A DNA stretch of 64,000 nt from the human T2T-CHM13v2.0 reference genome, Homo sapiens: the NCBI RefSeq assembly GCF_009914755.1, contig NC_060925.1, one strand, 5' to 3'. This document shows, piece after piece, positions 17,086 to 33,816 of the stretch (its first letter is position 1; each line of letters opens with the position of its first letter). The notes below the pieces were generated by a model. It searched no databases. It saw nothing but the letters and a program-made list of their open reading frames with translations, and was not told where the DNA came from. The position numbers were made by a program, and so were the translations under genes.

Positions 17086-18496
17086 CAGGTGTAGAGCATA
17101 CAGGTAGGTGTAAGACACAGACCCTCACCCTCACGGAGCTTCTGGCTGTAACATCGTGATGCAGAAGTCTAGAGTGGGGAGACTTCCTGTGGAGCGGGAT
17201 GGGCTGCACAGGGGAGGTGGCATTTGTAATGGGACCTACTGAGATGACACGTTAACAATGGTTGAGGCACTTGGGTTGTAGATGTGGTTGTAGGTCAGAC
17301 ACATCGGGCCTGTGTGTGAGGGCTATGACAGATCATTCTGAAAAAGTTAGGATGGGGACACAGTGATTTCTAATGATTTCTGACCTATCCGGAGCTGGGA
17401 CACGTTATCCTTGTATGCCTGACTTTATAAAATTGGGACCCATGTCTAAACTGATTATGCATCGCATATTTGTTTTATACTTAAAATGGTTAAAATTCAT
17501 GATCTTTCAAGAGTTTCTTAAGATTCCTTAAGAAAACTGGCCTTCCTAAAGGCAAATGCCTCAGGGTCCCTGCTGAGGGGCACTGCTGCTTTGAAGGCTC
17601 ACAATGTTCTGGTTGCCTTTTAACCATGTCTTTTGTTTTGCTCTCAGTTTTTCATATTTCCCTTGAAAGTCCAGGCTTAGCCCAGTCAATTTTTGTGTTC
17701 CCTGGTATAGACGGGGAGGTGTTGCGAACATGGTCAACTGCCTAATCACTGTTATGAAAGCTTTCCCAGTCCCCATTTTCCTCCTGCATTTGCGGAATTT
17801 TGATTTTGCTGTTATTGTTATGTCCTTTGCTAACATGACCTTCCTGAACTTGCCTCCCCAGAGTGATGCCATCTGGTTTTTAAAATAATAATCCACTTTG
17901 GGATCTGATCAGATCATGCTTTTGACGTTTTTCCCATTTTCCCATCAAGCTCACATGGAGGTCTCTTCCCAAGGAACAAATACTTAATTACCAATTTGGA
18001 AACATCTTTTTTCTGAGCTGTTTTCCTTATTCATTGATTTTGGTCCTCATCATTTTTTCCTGAAATTAAAAACAAAGGGAAAAGTTTATTTTTCATCATT
18101 ATTTGCTCTCCTGGCATTTTTCCTTGGGCAAGTGCCCATCTCATTCCTGTTTCTTAGCTCCTGTTTGATGGATTTACCATATTGGATGTGATGTTTCCTG
18201 AAGAATAGCTTCTGTCAGGAGCAACATCTGTCACTAAAATAAGAGCAGACACAGCCTGGACACTTGGCTAACGTGGATACTCCTTCTTCCTGATTCTTTA
18301 TCATCCTGCCAAAGACATACATCCGAATGGAGGCTATACAGTTTATAGGACTTTCACATTGGTTATCTCATTTCATTTCATAATAGCCCTGAGGTAAACT
18401 GAACAAAGATCAGAATTCTTCCTTTACAAGTGGAGAAACTGTGGATCAGAATAATTAACTGATTTATTTAAGGTCACATAGATAGTCCATATAGCT

Positions 18497-18498
18497 AT

Positions 18499-18545
<47 letters not shown>

Positions 18546-18608
18546 GATATATACACAAACTATATATCTCTCTCTATATACATACGCACATATATACTAT
18601 ATATATGA

Positions 18609-18700
<92 letters not shown>
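18497..18700. repeat. Compound microsatellite (TG)n-(TA)n-(GA)n-(GAGACA)n
   Basis: Seen directly in the sequence. Confidence 0.97.
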
Positions 18701-19450
<750 letters not shown>

Positions 19451-19551
19451 ATTTTCCCAGTAACTATATATATAGCCGATCATATAGCTGAAATACAGCC
19501 TTCTAATGCCATCTAATTTCTAAATATTATGCTGTTGTAGGAAAGCCCTCA

Positions 19552-20181
<630 letters not shown>

Positions 20182-20554
20182 TTTATGGAGGCTCTTCAGA
20201 TATTTTTCTTTCACCCAATCTATTTACTAGCAACTTGAGGACTAGATTTGCCCAAACATATGCAGGACATCTGCCTTGGGCTTGCCCTGTGGTGTGGGAT
20301 TATGTGTCCTATGCTGTACAGGACCAGAGTGGAAACCATGAGCAGCTGTGGGGAGACCCGGTGCTAGTGGAGTCTTGGGCCAACCTGAGGGCAGCTACAG
20401 ACTCATTCTGAGTCTTTGTGAAGGCTGCTGGCAGTAATCTCCTTTAGGTGCAGCACAGAGCTTCTCCCACCTTACTTCCAAGGTACAGAGTTTCTTTAGG
20501 GAAATGTTTCAAGTTTCTTTAGAGAAATGGGAAAGAGTGTGACGGGGGAGGGGG

Positions 20555-20880
20555 CTTTAGTCCACTGTTGCATTACTATAAAGAAATGCCTGAGGCTGGA
20601 TAATTTATAAAGAAAAGAGGTTTAATTGGCTCACAGTTCTGTAGGCTGCACAGGAAGCACAGCGCCAGCCTCTGCTTCTGGGGAGGCCTCAGGAGGCTTA
20701 CACTCATGGCAGAAGGCAAAGAGGGAGCAGGAATCTCACATGGCAGGAGCAGGAGTGAGAGAGAGAGTGGGTTGGGGGGAGGTGCCACACACTTTAAATG
20801 ACCAGATCATGTGAGAACTCACTATCCCTAAGAGCACCAAGCCATGAGGGATCCACACCCATGACCCAAACACCTCCTTG
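20555..20880 (-). mobile_element. MST (MaLR) LTR
   Basis: ataaagaaaagaggtttaattggctcacagttct...catggcagaaggcaaag is MSTA/MSTB-like. Confidence 0.8.
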
Positions 20881-20996
20881 TGTAATATAGTAAGTATTCT
20901 CCAAAACCAAAACAGAAACTGGCCTTTCAAAAAAGGTCAAGTCCACTATTTTCCCTGTCTCTTAGGAGCTGCAGAGTCTCACTCATCATGGTTCTT

Positions 20997-21810
20997 GTTG
21001 ACAAGAAAATCCATACTCTATAAAATATTTGAAGAGATTTATTCTGAGCCAAATGTGAGTACCATGACCCATGACACGGCCTCAAGAGGTCCTGAGAACA
21101 TTTGCCCAAGGTAGTTGGGTAACAGATTGGTTTTATACATTTTAGGGAGATAGAAGACATCAATCTATACGTGTGAGGTACACACTGGGTTGGCTTTCAG
21201 GTCGTAGGTAGAGTTAAAAGATTTCCTGATTGGCAATTAGTTAAAAGAGTTAAGCTTTCCCTAAAGTTGAAGTCAGCAGAAAGAAATACTTGGGGTTAAG
21301 ATAAGGGGGGTTGTGGAAGCCAAGGTTCTTGTTATAGATGAAGCCTCCAGGTAGCAGGCTTAAGAGATAATGGATAATAAATATCTCTTTTCAGACCTTA
21401 AATGGTGCCAGATTTAGTTAATCTCTTTGGGGTTGAGAGGGCCTGGAAGGGCAAATACCTAGTTACATTAATTGAGATTCTTTACAGATGCAAATAGTCA
21501 TTTCAAAATATGGGAAAGAAACATATTTTGGGGTAAAATATTTTGATTTCCTTCTTTATTGGTCATGTGATGCTATACTAGAGTCAGGTTGGATTTTGGT
21601 ATCTTATTGTTAAAGAAAGAGTTCATTTGGTCGGTCTTAAGATCTGTTTTAATGTTGGTCAATTGTGTCTAAATTCTAAAGGGAGGAGGGTATAATAAAG
21701 CATGTCTGACTCTCCTTCCTGTGGTCTGAACTAGTTTTTCAGGTTTCTTTGGAATCCGCGTGGTCCCATTCAGCCAGTTGTGGGGCTTAGAATTTTATTT
21801 TTGGTTTACA
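20997..21810 (-). mobile_element. MER4-family ERV1 solo LTR
   Basis: Reverse strand starts TGTAAACCAAAAATAAAATTCTAAGCCCC. Contains the gagatttattctgagccaaat motif. Confidence 0.8.
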
Positions 21811-22760
21811 GAATGTTTCTCGGCATCAACTTCATTCTCCTCTTCACCAATATCTAGCTGCTGACTTCAGCTGTAGTCCCTGATGGCTGCCCCAGCCCTG
21901 AGCCTACCTCCCCGCATGTGACCTTTCAGCTCATTTCCTCTGTTAACTGACCCAGCCTCTGTGTTTCCCAAACCCCTTCTTAGAAGAGAGCTGATTGGCT
22001 GAGCTCCTTCTTTCAAGTGACCATACCAGCAGGAAGTTGTCCAGTAGGCAACTGAAGCACTGGCCTGGGACAGAAACTCAACTTTGATGCATGAAATTAT
22101 GTTTTATGGAGGGGGATGAGGGCCTGTTTAGAGCAGAAAGATCTATGGGCAAAGAAGAATCCCTTAGAAGGAGATGTGGGTAGGCAAAGGATAATCAGCA
22201 ATTGTAGTTCAGTGCCTAAAAGTAATCTGTTCCTCACTATGTTTAGTCGGTATGTTTCTTACCATGGAGGTAAAAAGTGTGGGACATTCAATAACATGCT
22301 TGGGCCTTCTGTGTGCCTGACACTGTGCTAGGCATGGAAAAGATATTTCCAAGGTCGTTGGTAAAGGTTGTGGGGTGAAAAGAGCTAAAGGGAAGATGGA
22401 GACAACTTCCTGATGACTTGGGCTTCGCTTCTCACTCACATATAGGAAAAATAATAGTGTACATGGTGACCATATAGCAATAGCATAGGTAAAATAGGCT
22501 TTTATGGGTTTTTTTTCTGGGATTCTCCTTACCATTTACACTTTTCTATGAGAAAATAGTTCTCATGGCTTGTGTCAAAAAAGAAAAATATACTTCTTTC
22601 TTAAATGCACTCAAAGACTATATTTGCAGGGGCCGATGGGAGAAGAAAAGATGAACAGTCGTTCCGTTTGGGCAGGTGTTAGAGCCTGGAGCCTTTATTG
22701 CCCAGGTCATGCGTGAATATACATTTTTTTCTTTTTCTTTTCTTTTTTTTTTTTTTTTGA

Positions 22761-22919
<159 letters not shown>

Positions 22920-24636
22920 TAGTAGAGATAGGGTTTCTCCGGCTGGTTTTGAACCCCTGACCTCGGGTAATCCACCCACCTCGGCCTCCCAAAGTGCTGG
23001 GATTACAGGCATGAGCCACCATGTCCGGCCGTAAATTTTTTCAATTGATACATATTAAAAGCCTAACAGGTACTCCAGAGGGGTTCTGTAAAATATTTTG
23101 ATGTTTACAATAGCTTCTCATACATTAAAAGTTTATAAATTACTGACCAAGCATAATCCACTTGCTATCTTTGGTATGGAATCAAGACTATTTTCAATCT
23201 ATCATTATTTAAGTGGTCAGTACTCAGTGGAGGGGTAGTCAGAGGCTCAGAGAGTGCCATGTCGAAGAGTAATATGTTGGAAAGTGTCCCTAGCCAGAAA
23301 TGTGGACTGGTTTTGGGAGTGTGAAGACATACAAGCAAAACCTTTTGGCTTTTGGAAAAGTTCACAAATAGATAAAATATTGCTTTACCTTATTGAATAG
23401 TCTTTTGTTCCTAAAACATATGTTCACATGTGAAGACACATATAATATCCATCATTCTTTCAACCACCCAACTATATGGTTCATATTTTTCTCCACGTTA
23501 CTGTTAAGGAAATTCAGTTTCTCCATCTCAAAGAAAAATGTTGGTAACTATAGGAGCTGGGTATGAACCCAACTTTTTCCCAGGGCCTGGGATCTCTGAG
23601 CAATTGGTTACTTCTTCTGATTTGACTGAAGTTAAGTAAACTTACCAGTAGATAATACTTCATTGTGACACGTATTATTAAAGGGAGGGATTTCATGACT
23701 GGAACATTTTCATCTATTCATTTCCTTTCTGAGTTCTTTAATTCCACAGAGAACAGAAAATCTCTTCCCTGCAGATCAGTTAAATCCATGTAACAGATTT
23801 CAGTAAGCATGACTCAAAGGATTTTTAATTAAGAAAGCATTACAATATAATTTGTTTTTGAAGATGGAACTGTGATCTCCCACTAGCAAAATTAAATGAT
23901 GAGAGACAGCCAAGGAGGCAAGCACACACACTCACTCAAAGTCAGCAATTTGGCTTTACGTGAGAACAGTGTGTCCTTTAAAAAATCCAGTTCGGGTAGG
24001 TTAGATCCAATTCTCAGGGCAGGGGAGGGGATCATCTCAACAGAAAGAGCTATCTTCTCTGTGGCTCTTTGGCCTACGTAAAAGTGAAATAACATCCGAT
24101 GTGGAAAATCAGGAGATGTCTTCATGTCAGTGGCCCCTGAGCATCCTCCTGGGAACTGTGTGCATTGCAGATTATCTGTGGTTATAGTTCTGGTCCAGCT
24201 AGCTCCCTACCGAGCTCCTCGTCTCCCAGAATCTAGCCAGCCTGTGCTCAGGAAATTCAGAATAATTTTTGCTATTAGCACCAGCAAGACTGAATTGAAA
24301 AGGTAAATCTGCTAAAAACAAAAACAAACAAATAAACGAAGAACATAATGTGATCCAAGTTAAATATAACTTTGGATTAAATTTTTAAAAATAGTTTATA
24401 TGCTTTTCTCTCACTGCAGCATTTAGTGTTGATTCCACACTCTTTCAGGAATCTTGCTTCCCTCTTGTTGTGGCAACACTGTCATTCCTGGGTTTCCAGT
24501 CACTCCTCTGATTGCTCGTCCTCTGTCTTAGCTGACTTCTTTTCTTCTTTCTAATCCACATCTGTGGGTGCCCTAGTGCTCTTTCTACAGATCCCTCCTT
24601 TTCTCACAATGTATGCAATTTCTTGAGAGCTCATCT

Positions 24637-25118
24637 GTGGTATACAGCCTCCAAGTTGGCTCTCAGAGATCCCACACCCTGGCACTCACACTCTTCTGTG
24701 AGTCTCTTCCCACATCACACCAGGGTTGGTCTGTATTACCAATGGCATTGGCAGAAGTGACAGCTTGCCACTTCTGGGATTAGATTAAAAGACTGTGGCT
24801 TCCTTCTTGGGCTGCGCAGGCTTTTCTCCCTATGATGGATCACTGACTGGAGGGGAAGCCACATTGTAAACAGCCCATGGAAAGGCCCTCCTGATAAGGA
24901 ACCAAGGCCTCCTGCCAACATTAGCATGAGTGGGCTCGGAAGTGGCCCCTGCAGCCCAGGTACCTTGACTGTAACCTCATGAGAGACCCTGGGCCACAAC
25001 CACCCAGCTATGCTGCTGCAGGACTCCTGGCCTATAGACATTGTGAGGTAGTGAATGCTTGTTGTTTTAATCTGCTAAGTTTGGGGTGTAATCTGTTATA
25101 TAGGAATAGATAAAACAC
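24637..25118 (+). mobile_element. MLT1 (MLT1E/F-like) MaLR LTR within L2 fragments
   Basis: tgtggtatacagcctccaag...ctgctaagtttggggt...atagataaaacaca. Confidence 0.7.
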
Positions 25119-25883
25119 ATCACCTATTCTCATGTCATCCACTACAACCTCCAAATTTAATTTTCTGGCTTTGGATTCTTCACTTGCATTCCAATTCAGG
25201 ATTCAACACCGTCTGAATGTCCTGCTCAACACAAAGCCAGTATCTTCTTCTCAGATCATCTCCCATCCCCAACGGCTCTATTTACATCCTTTCCAAACCT
25301 ACTTCTCCTCTCAGGTACCCTACCTCCTTTAATGGCATTATCTTACCCCTGGTCATAGAGCCAGTGTCGTTGACTTGCCTCTCCTTTGCCCTCATGTATA
25401 AGCAGCTGCTGAGTTTGGATGTTTTTGCCTTCAGAATGTCTCCCAGCATTTCCTACCTCAAGCACATTTCTCCCCCAGCCTCCCAGAGGCTCTCCTCAGT
25501 TCTGCTCTCTGCTGCCAGGCTAATCTTCTCCATGCCCTGCTTTCCCTCTCAGTTGTCTGCTTAAAAAACCCAATAGGGTGGATCCCTATTGTTTAGAGAA
25601 TGGAATCCTAACCCTGGTTCATTGAAAGGCATCTGGCCTCAAAGTCAGAAGACCTAGCTGTGAGTCACAGCTCTGCCACTTGGGTAAGCTGGAGAACCTT
25701 AATCTATTTACCCTTTCTGAATCTCATTTTTTTCTGTCTGTGAGAGGGGTCATAATCACCTCACTGTTTACCACATAGGGTTGTTAGAGGGTTCAAATGA
25801 GAGAATGAATGCAAAATCACTACTCCAATTGCTACTTGAGGCACTTATCACCATCACCACCTCCACCCCCACCATATAATTAG

Positions 25884-26375
<492 letters not shown>

Positions 26376-27609
26376 TGAAGTCAAAGGCTTCAACACACAC
26401 TCTGTCTTTGTTCTTAAAGACGGTGGCAGACACCTCTCAACTTGCTCTTGAATCATTTTTCATGCATCAGTCTTTTCACCTCAACAGGATTGCAAGTTGC
26501 AATGAACTTTATATTTTGGGTGATAATTATTTCTTACCGTGCCTTTCATTGCGCTGTGTACTTTATGTGCATTATGCGTTTTAACCTCACTGCAGTCCTG
26601 CAAGGCAGATGTTTTTATCTCTAGCTTATTGGTGAGAAAGCTGAGTTTCAGAGATGACAAGAAATTTGCCCAAGGTCACACACCTAGAAAGTTGCGGAGC
26701 CAAGATTTAAACAGATGACACCCTGGCTCATGACCTCATGCGCCTCTTCTATGCCACATGCTTTCCTTGCTCCTGCACCTTGGTCAGGTGTATATTACAG
26801 ACTCCTTAGTCATTGACATTGGCTATGTGTATGTGGCCAAAGCCAAAATGGAGGATATGACCAGAGAAAAATAAATCAAAGGAGAAAAAATAAAAGGTAA
26901 TATCTAAGGGATATTATTTATTTTAGATGGAAAAAACTTAAGGTGTTTATATGCTAGAGGGAAAGAGCCAACAGAGCAGAAGAGGTGCAAGTTATGATGC
27001 TAATAATAGCTGACATTTATTAGGCACATCCCTGTGCCAGGAGCCATGCTGAGCACTTTACCAGGATTACTTCACTAATCTTTCATAACACTCTTATAAA
27101 GTAGGTACTATTATTATCATAATATTTTACAGATGAGAAAGTGAGCTTTATCCAAGCTCATGCAATGGGTGGTAATTTAAAAATGGGGCGTCTGAACTGC
27201 TGTGCCTAGCAATGAAGAGGTAGACGCCTTTCTGGTGTGGAAGCCAGGCTTCTGTGTGACCAGCACCCAGTAAATACAACACCCAAGTGCTTTATTGACA
27301 TTAATTAATGATGTTTATAGTATCCTTTCGGGTAAGTCTGTATACATCCCCTTTTTAAAAGTAAGAAAACCAAGATTCAGGGGCTAGTTACTTGCTCCAA
27401 GTCTTTTTCATGTTTAACATGAATTATAATATATGTGGGGGTCTGTATCCTGAAAACATTATCAACCTTTGTTTCTAACACTTCTCATCTAGTGAATTGG
27501 AATGAGAATTCCTAGCTCAGGAAAATGATGCACTTGGAAGCAGTCACTTGGGATATTTGACTCTTCTGAAGAGGCTTGACTTTACTCTTGTGGATCTGGC
27601 AACTGTACC

Positions 27610-27788
27610 TTTGCTTCCGACAGTGTAACGTTTAGTCCCACTTTATGATAAAGGTATGGTACCGTTTTACAACACATCTCACTGAATAAGACAACTAATT
27701 TGCTTCCGACAGTGTAACGCTTACTCCCACTTTAATGATAAAGGCATGGTACCGTTTTACAAAACATCTCACTGAATAAGACAACTAA
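27610..27788. repeat. 89/90-bp tandem duplication
   Basis: 27610-27698 versus 27699-27788; 4 substitutions and 1 indel. Confidence 0.97.
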
Positions 27789-29189
27789 ATTTTTGTATTT
27801 TTTAAAACTATTATGACCGAATATTCTGGTTTAATTATATGCATTTAAAAAATAATCACTCAGTATTATACAATTGAAAATAATGTTGAAAGAGTATAGG
27901 AAATGTAATATAAGCTAGATGAATGAGAAGCTTGGAGAGAAAAAACAGATCACAAGTAGAAAGACAGCATTTTTAAAAAATTATTATTTTTTTTAAATTT
28001 ATAGAGATGGAGTTTCACTCTGTTGCCTAGGCTGGTCTCAAATTCCTGGGCTCAAGTGACCTTCCTGCCTCAGCCTCCCAAAGTGCTGGGATTATAGGTG
28101 TGAGCCACTGTGCCCAGCCAGTCAGCATGCTATTAATTTTATATTTAGTTGATCAGCAATGTACATGTTGGTTCCCATTTTATAAAGCACTGTCCTCTAT
28201 ATACTTCATTTGCCTTCACAACAATTGGTATATTAGCTGGAAATGCTTTCATCTACAAGTAACAGAAAACCTGATTTAAACAGATGGAGGTTGTTTTCCT
28301 CATTCAAAAGAGGCCTGGAGGTGGCATTCTGGGACTGGTGTGGGAGGACCAACAGTGTCTTCAAGGATCCAGGCCTCTTAGACCTTCCACGTCACCACTC
28401 TTACCACGTTAGCCACTTACCCTCATGAATGTCACCTCATGGTTGCAGGACAGCTGCTCCAGATGTTACACTTGTGTTCACGACTGGAAGAAGGAGGAAG
28501 GGAAGGAGCAGGCACCAGGACATCTTTGCTTTTATTAGAAGGCAAAAGCTTTCCCAACAGACTTTCTTTTTTTAATATTTTTTTTTAGAGACAGGGCTTC
28601 ACTCTGTCACCCAGGCTGGTGTGGAGTGGTGTGATCATAGCTCACTGCAGCCTCGGACTCCTGAGCTCAAGTGATCCTCCCGCCTCAGCCTCCTGAGTAT
28701 CTGGGACTTTAGAAACATGCCACCATGCCCAGCTAAATTTAAAAAAATTTTTTTGTAGAGATGGGGTCTTGCTATATTGCCAAGGCTGGTCTCAAACTAC
28801 TGGGTTCACGCAATCCTACTGCCTTGGCTTCCCAAAGTGCTGGGACTACAGGCGTGAGCCACCACACCTGGCCCTCTCAACAGACCTTTCATTGGCCAGA
28901 ACTGTGTTACCTGGCCATCCTTACTTTAAAGGAGAATGATAAAGCAGTTATTCAGCATTTACAGCCTGTCTGTAGTGGAGATAGGCAAGAGAGAAGCTCA
29001 CATATTTACAGATGAGACAGCTAGTGTGCTTTCTCATTACTCAGCACAAACCCAAGTCCTAGGATTCCCGCACCTGTGTTATTTCACTATACTACTCAGC
29101 CTCTCTAAATTCTGCCACAGGAAAGTATATGTCAAAAGGAGGACAACTCTCAAAAATATATAGTAATGGGGGCCGGGGGCAGTGGTTCA

Positions 29190-29303
<114 letters not shown>

Positions 29304-29472
29304 TTACAAATTAAGACCCTGTCTCTGAAAAAAAAAAAAAAAAGTATAGCAATGGGATACATTCTATTAAGAAATGGATCACTTTTTAAATTAATAATTT
29401 TATATTAATGTATGATATCTCTATTGTTGTTTAACAAAAATAATGATTCCATTTTTATAGATTAACACCTAA

Positions 29473-29841
<369 letters not shown>

Positions 29842-30600
29842 TGAACCTAGCAACCCACAGTTTTCAACAACAGGGTATTGGTTGAAGAAACTGTAGCATA
29901 CCCATATCCTATGAAATAAATAGACGTAAAATTTCAGAATAATATTGTTATTTACAATATTTTGTTAAATGAAATAAGTAAATTATAAAACTAGATATGC
30001 AATGCCACCCTACACTTTTAAATATATATTATCTATATAAAAGCTAGATATAAATATAGCAAAATGTTCATAGTGATTATATTTAGATAATGAGAATATA
30101 TGATATTTTGGCTTCCATCTTTGTATTTTTTGTAATATAATTTTTAGGAGTCAGGTTTATTGAAGGGTTATTTACATGTAGTAAAATTCACCCGTTTTAG
30201 GTGTATGTGTTTTGACTAATATGTACAATAATGTATCCACTACCGTAATCAAAATACAGAATATTTCCTTTGTCCCTAAAAGTTCCTTTGTGCCTTTTTG
30301 TAGCCAATTCCTTCTCCCTAGTCACCGGCCCTTGGCAACCACTGATCTTATTTTAGTCTTGACAGTTTTGCCTTTTCTGGAATGTCATATAAATAAAAAC
30401 ATATAGACTGTAGCCTTTTGTTTTTGGCTTATATCAGTTGGCATGAGTGCTTTTGAGAGTCAGCCATGTTGTTGTATTTACAAGTAGTTCGTTTCTTTGT
30501 ATTAATGAGCCGTATTTCACAGCATGGATGTACCATAATATGTTATCCTTATCCTTTCATGGGTTAGTGGACATTGGGTTGTCTTCAATTTTGGACTACT

Positions 30601-32177
<1,577 letters not shown>

Positions 32178-33591
32178 AATAGTAAAGCTGCTGTAAGCGT
32201 TTGTGTATAAGTCTTTGTATAGTCATATATTTTCATTTCTCTTGGGTAAATACATAGGAATAGAATTGCTGGATCATATGGTAATTGTATGTTTAACTTT
32301 ATAAGAAACTGCCAAACTGTTTTCCAGGATGGCTGTACTATTTCATATTCCTACCAGCAGTGTATAAAAGTTCCTGTTGCTCTACATCTTTGTCAACATT
32401 TGGTATTGTCAGGTTTTAAAAATTGTAGTCATTCTGACAAGTGGGTGGTAGTATCTCCCTGAGGCTTTAATTTCACATCCCTGAAGACTAATGATGTTAT
32501 TTATCATCTGTATATTTTCACTGACAAAGTGAAACTTTCAACAAAGTGATACTGTACACATCTTTTGCCCATTTTAAAAATTAGATTACTTTCTTTTTAC
32601 TGAGTCATGAGACTCACTACATATATATGTCTTATATATATTGTATATTCTGGATACGAGTCCTTTGGCAAACATGTGATTTGTAAATATTTTCACTCAG
32701 TCTGTAGCTTGTCTTTTCATTTCCTTTTTTTTTTCCTTTCTAAGAAAAATAGAGAATCTTTTCATTTTCTTAAGAATGTCTTGAAAAGCAGAAAATTTTC
32801 ATTTTGATAAAGTCAATTTTATCTTCTTTTAAAATTTTTGTTCATGCTTTTTGTGTCTTATCTAAGAAATTTGCCTAAGTCAACATCACAGAGATTTTTC
32901 TCTTGTCTTCTTCTAAACATTTTATGATTTTACGTTTCACATTTAGACCTATGGTTCATTTTGTGTTGTTTTATATGTGGTATGGAGTATTTTTTCTTAA
33001 AATTTCAACAATATAACATTTTTGGTTCTGGAAAGATGACATGATGTGATTTATCATCTGTATCTTTCCTTTCATAAAGTGTCTGTACACATCTTTTGTA
33101 TGTGTAGCACCAGATATACTAGATAAAATAAAACAAAAACTACTTTTAATGCAAAGCTTGGTTTATAAAAAAAAACAAGGAAATTTCATGTGCAAAAAAT
33201 GAGAAGGGATCTGAAAGCAGTATTGAGTATATGGACCAATACAGGTAGCTGCCTGTATTTTTTCGTGCGGGCAAGGATCGGGGTATAAAGTTTCTACTGA
33301 CCTAAGGACTTGGAGTAAACAACATTGTGAGCACAGGAGAGGAGTCTTGGGTTCACTTAATGGTTGCTGATTGTGGCTGAGACTCAATATAAAGTAGGAA
33401 CCCCTGAGGGGGTACGCTTTCAGTGAAAGAATGGCAGAAGGAACACAACCATTTACCAACTTAAGAAAATGAAAAGGAAGCTTGAGTCTCTCCTGAGAGG
33501 TCTCTTGAAAAACTGAAACTGCCTTGCTCCTTGCACAGATTTGAGGATTGAATTGATAACACCTGAGGGGTCCAGAAACCTCCATTGTTTA

Positions 33592-33816
<225 letters not shown>

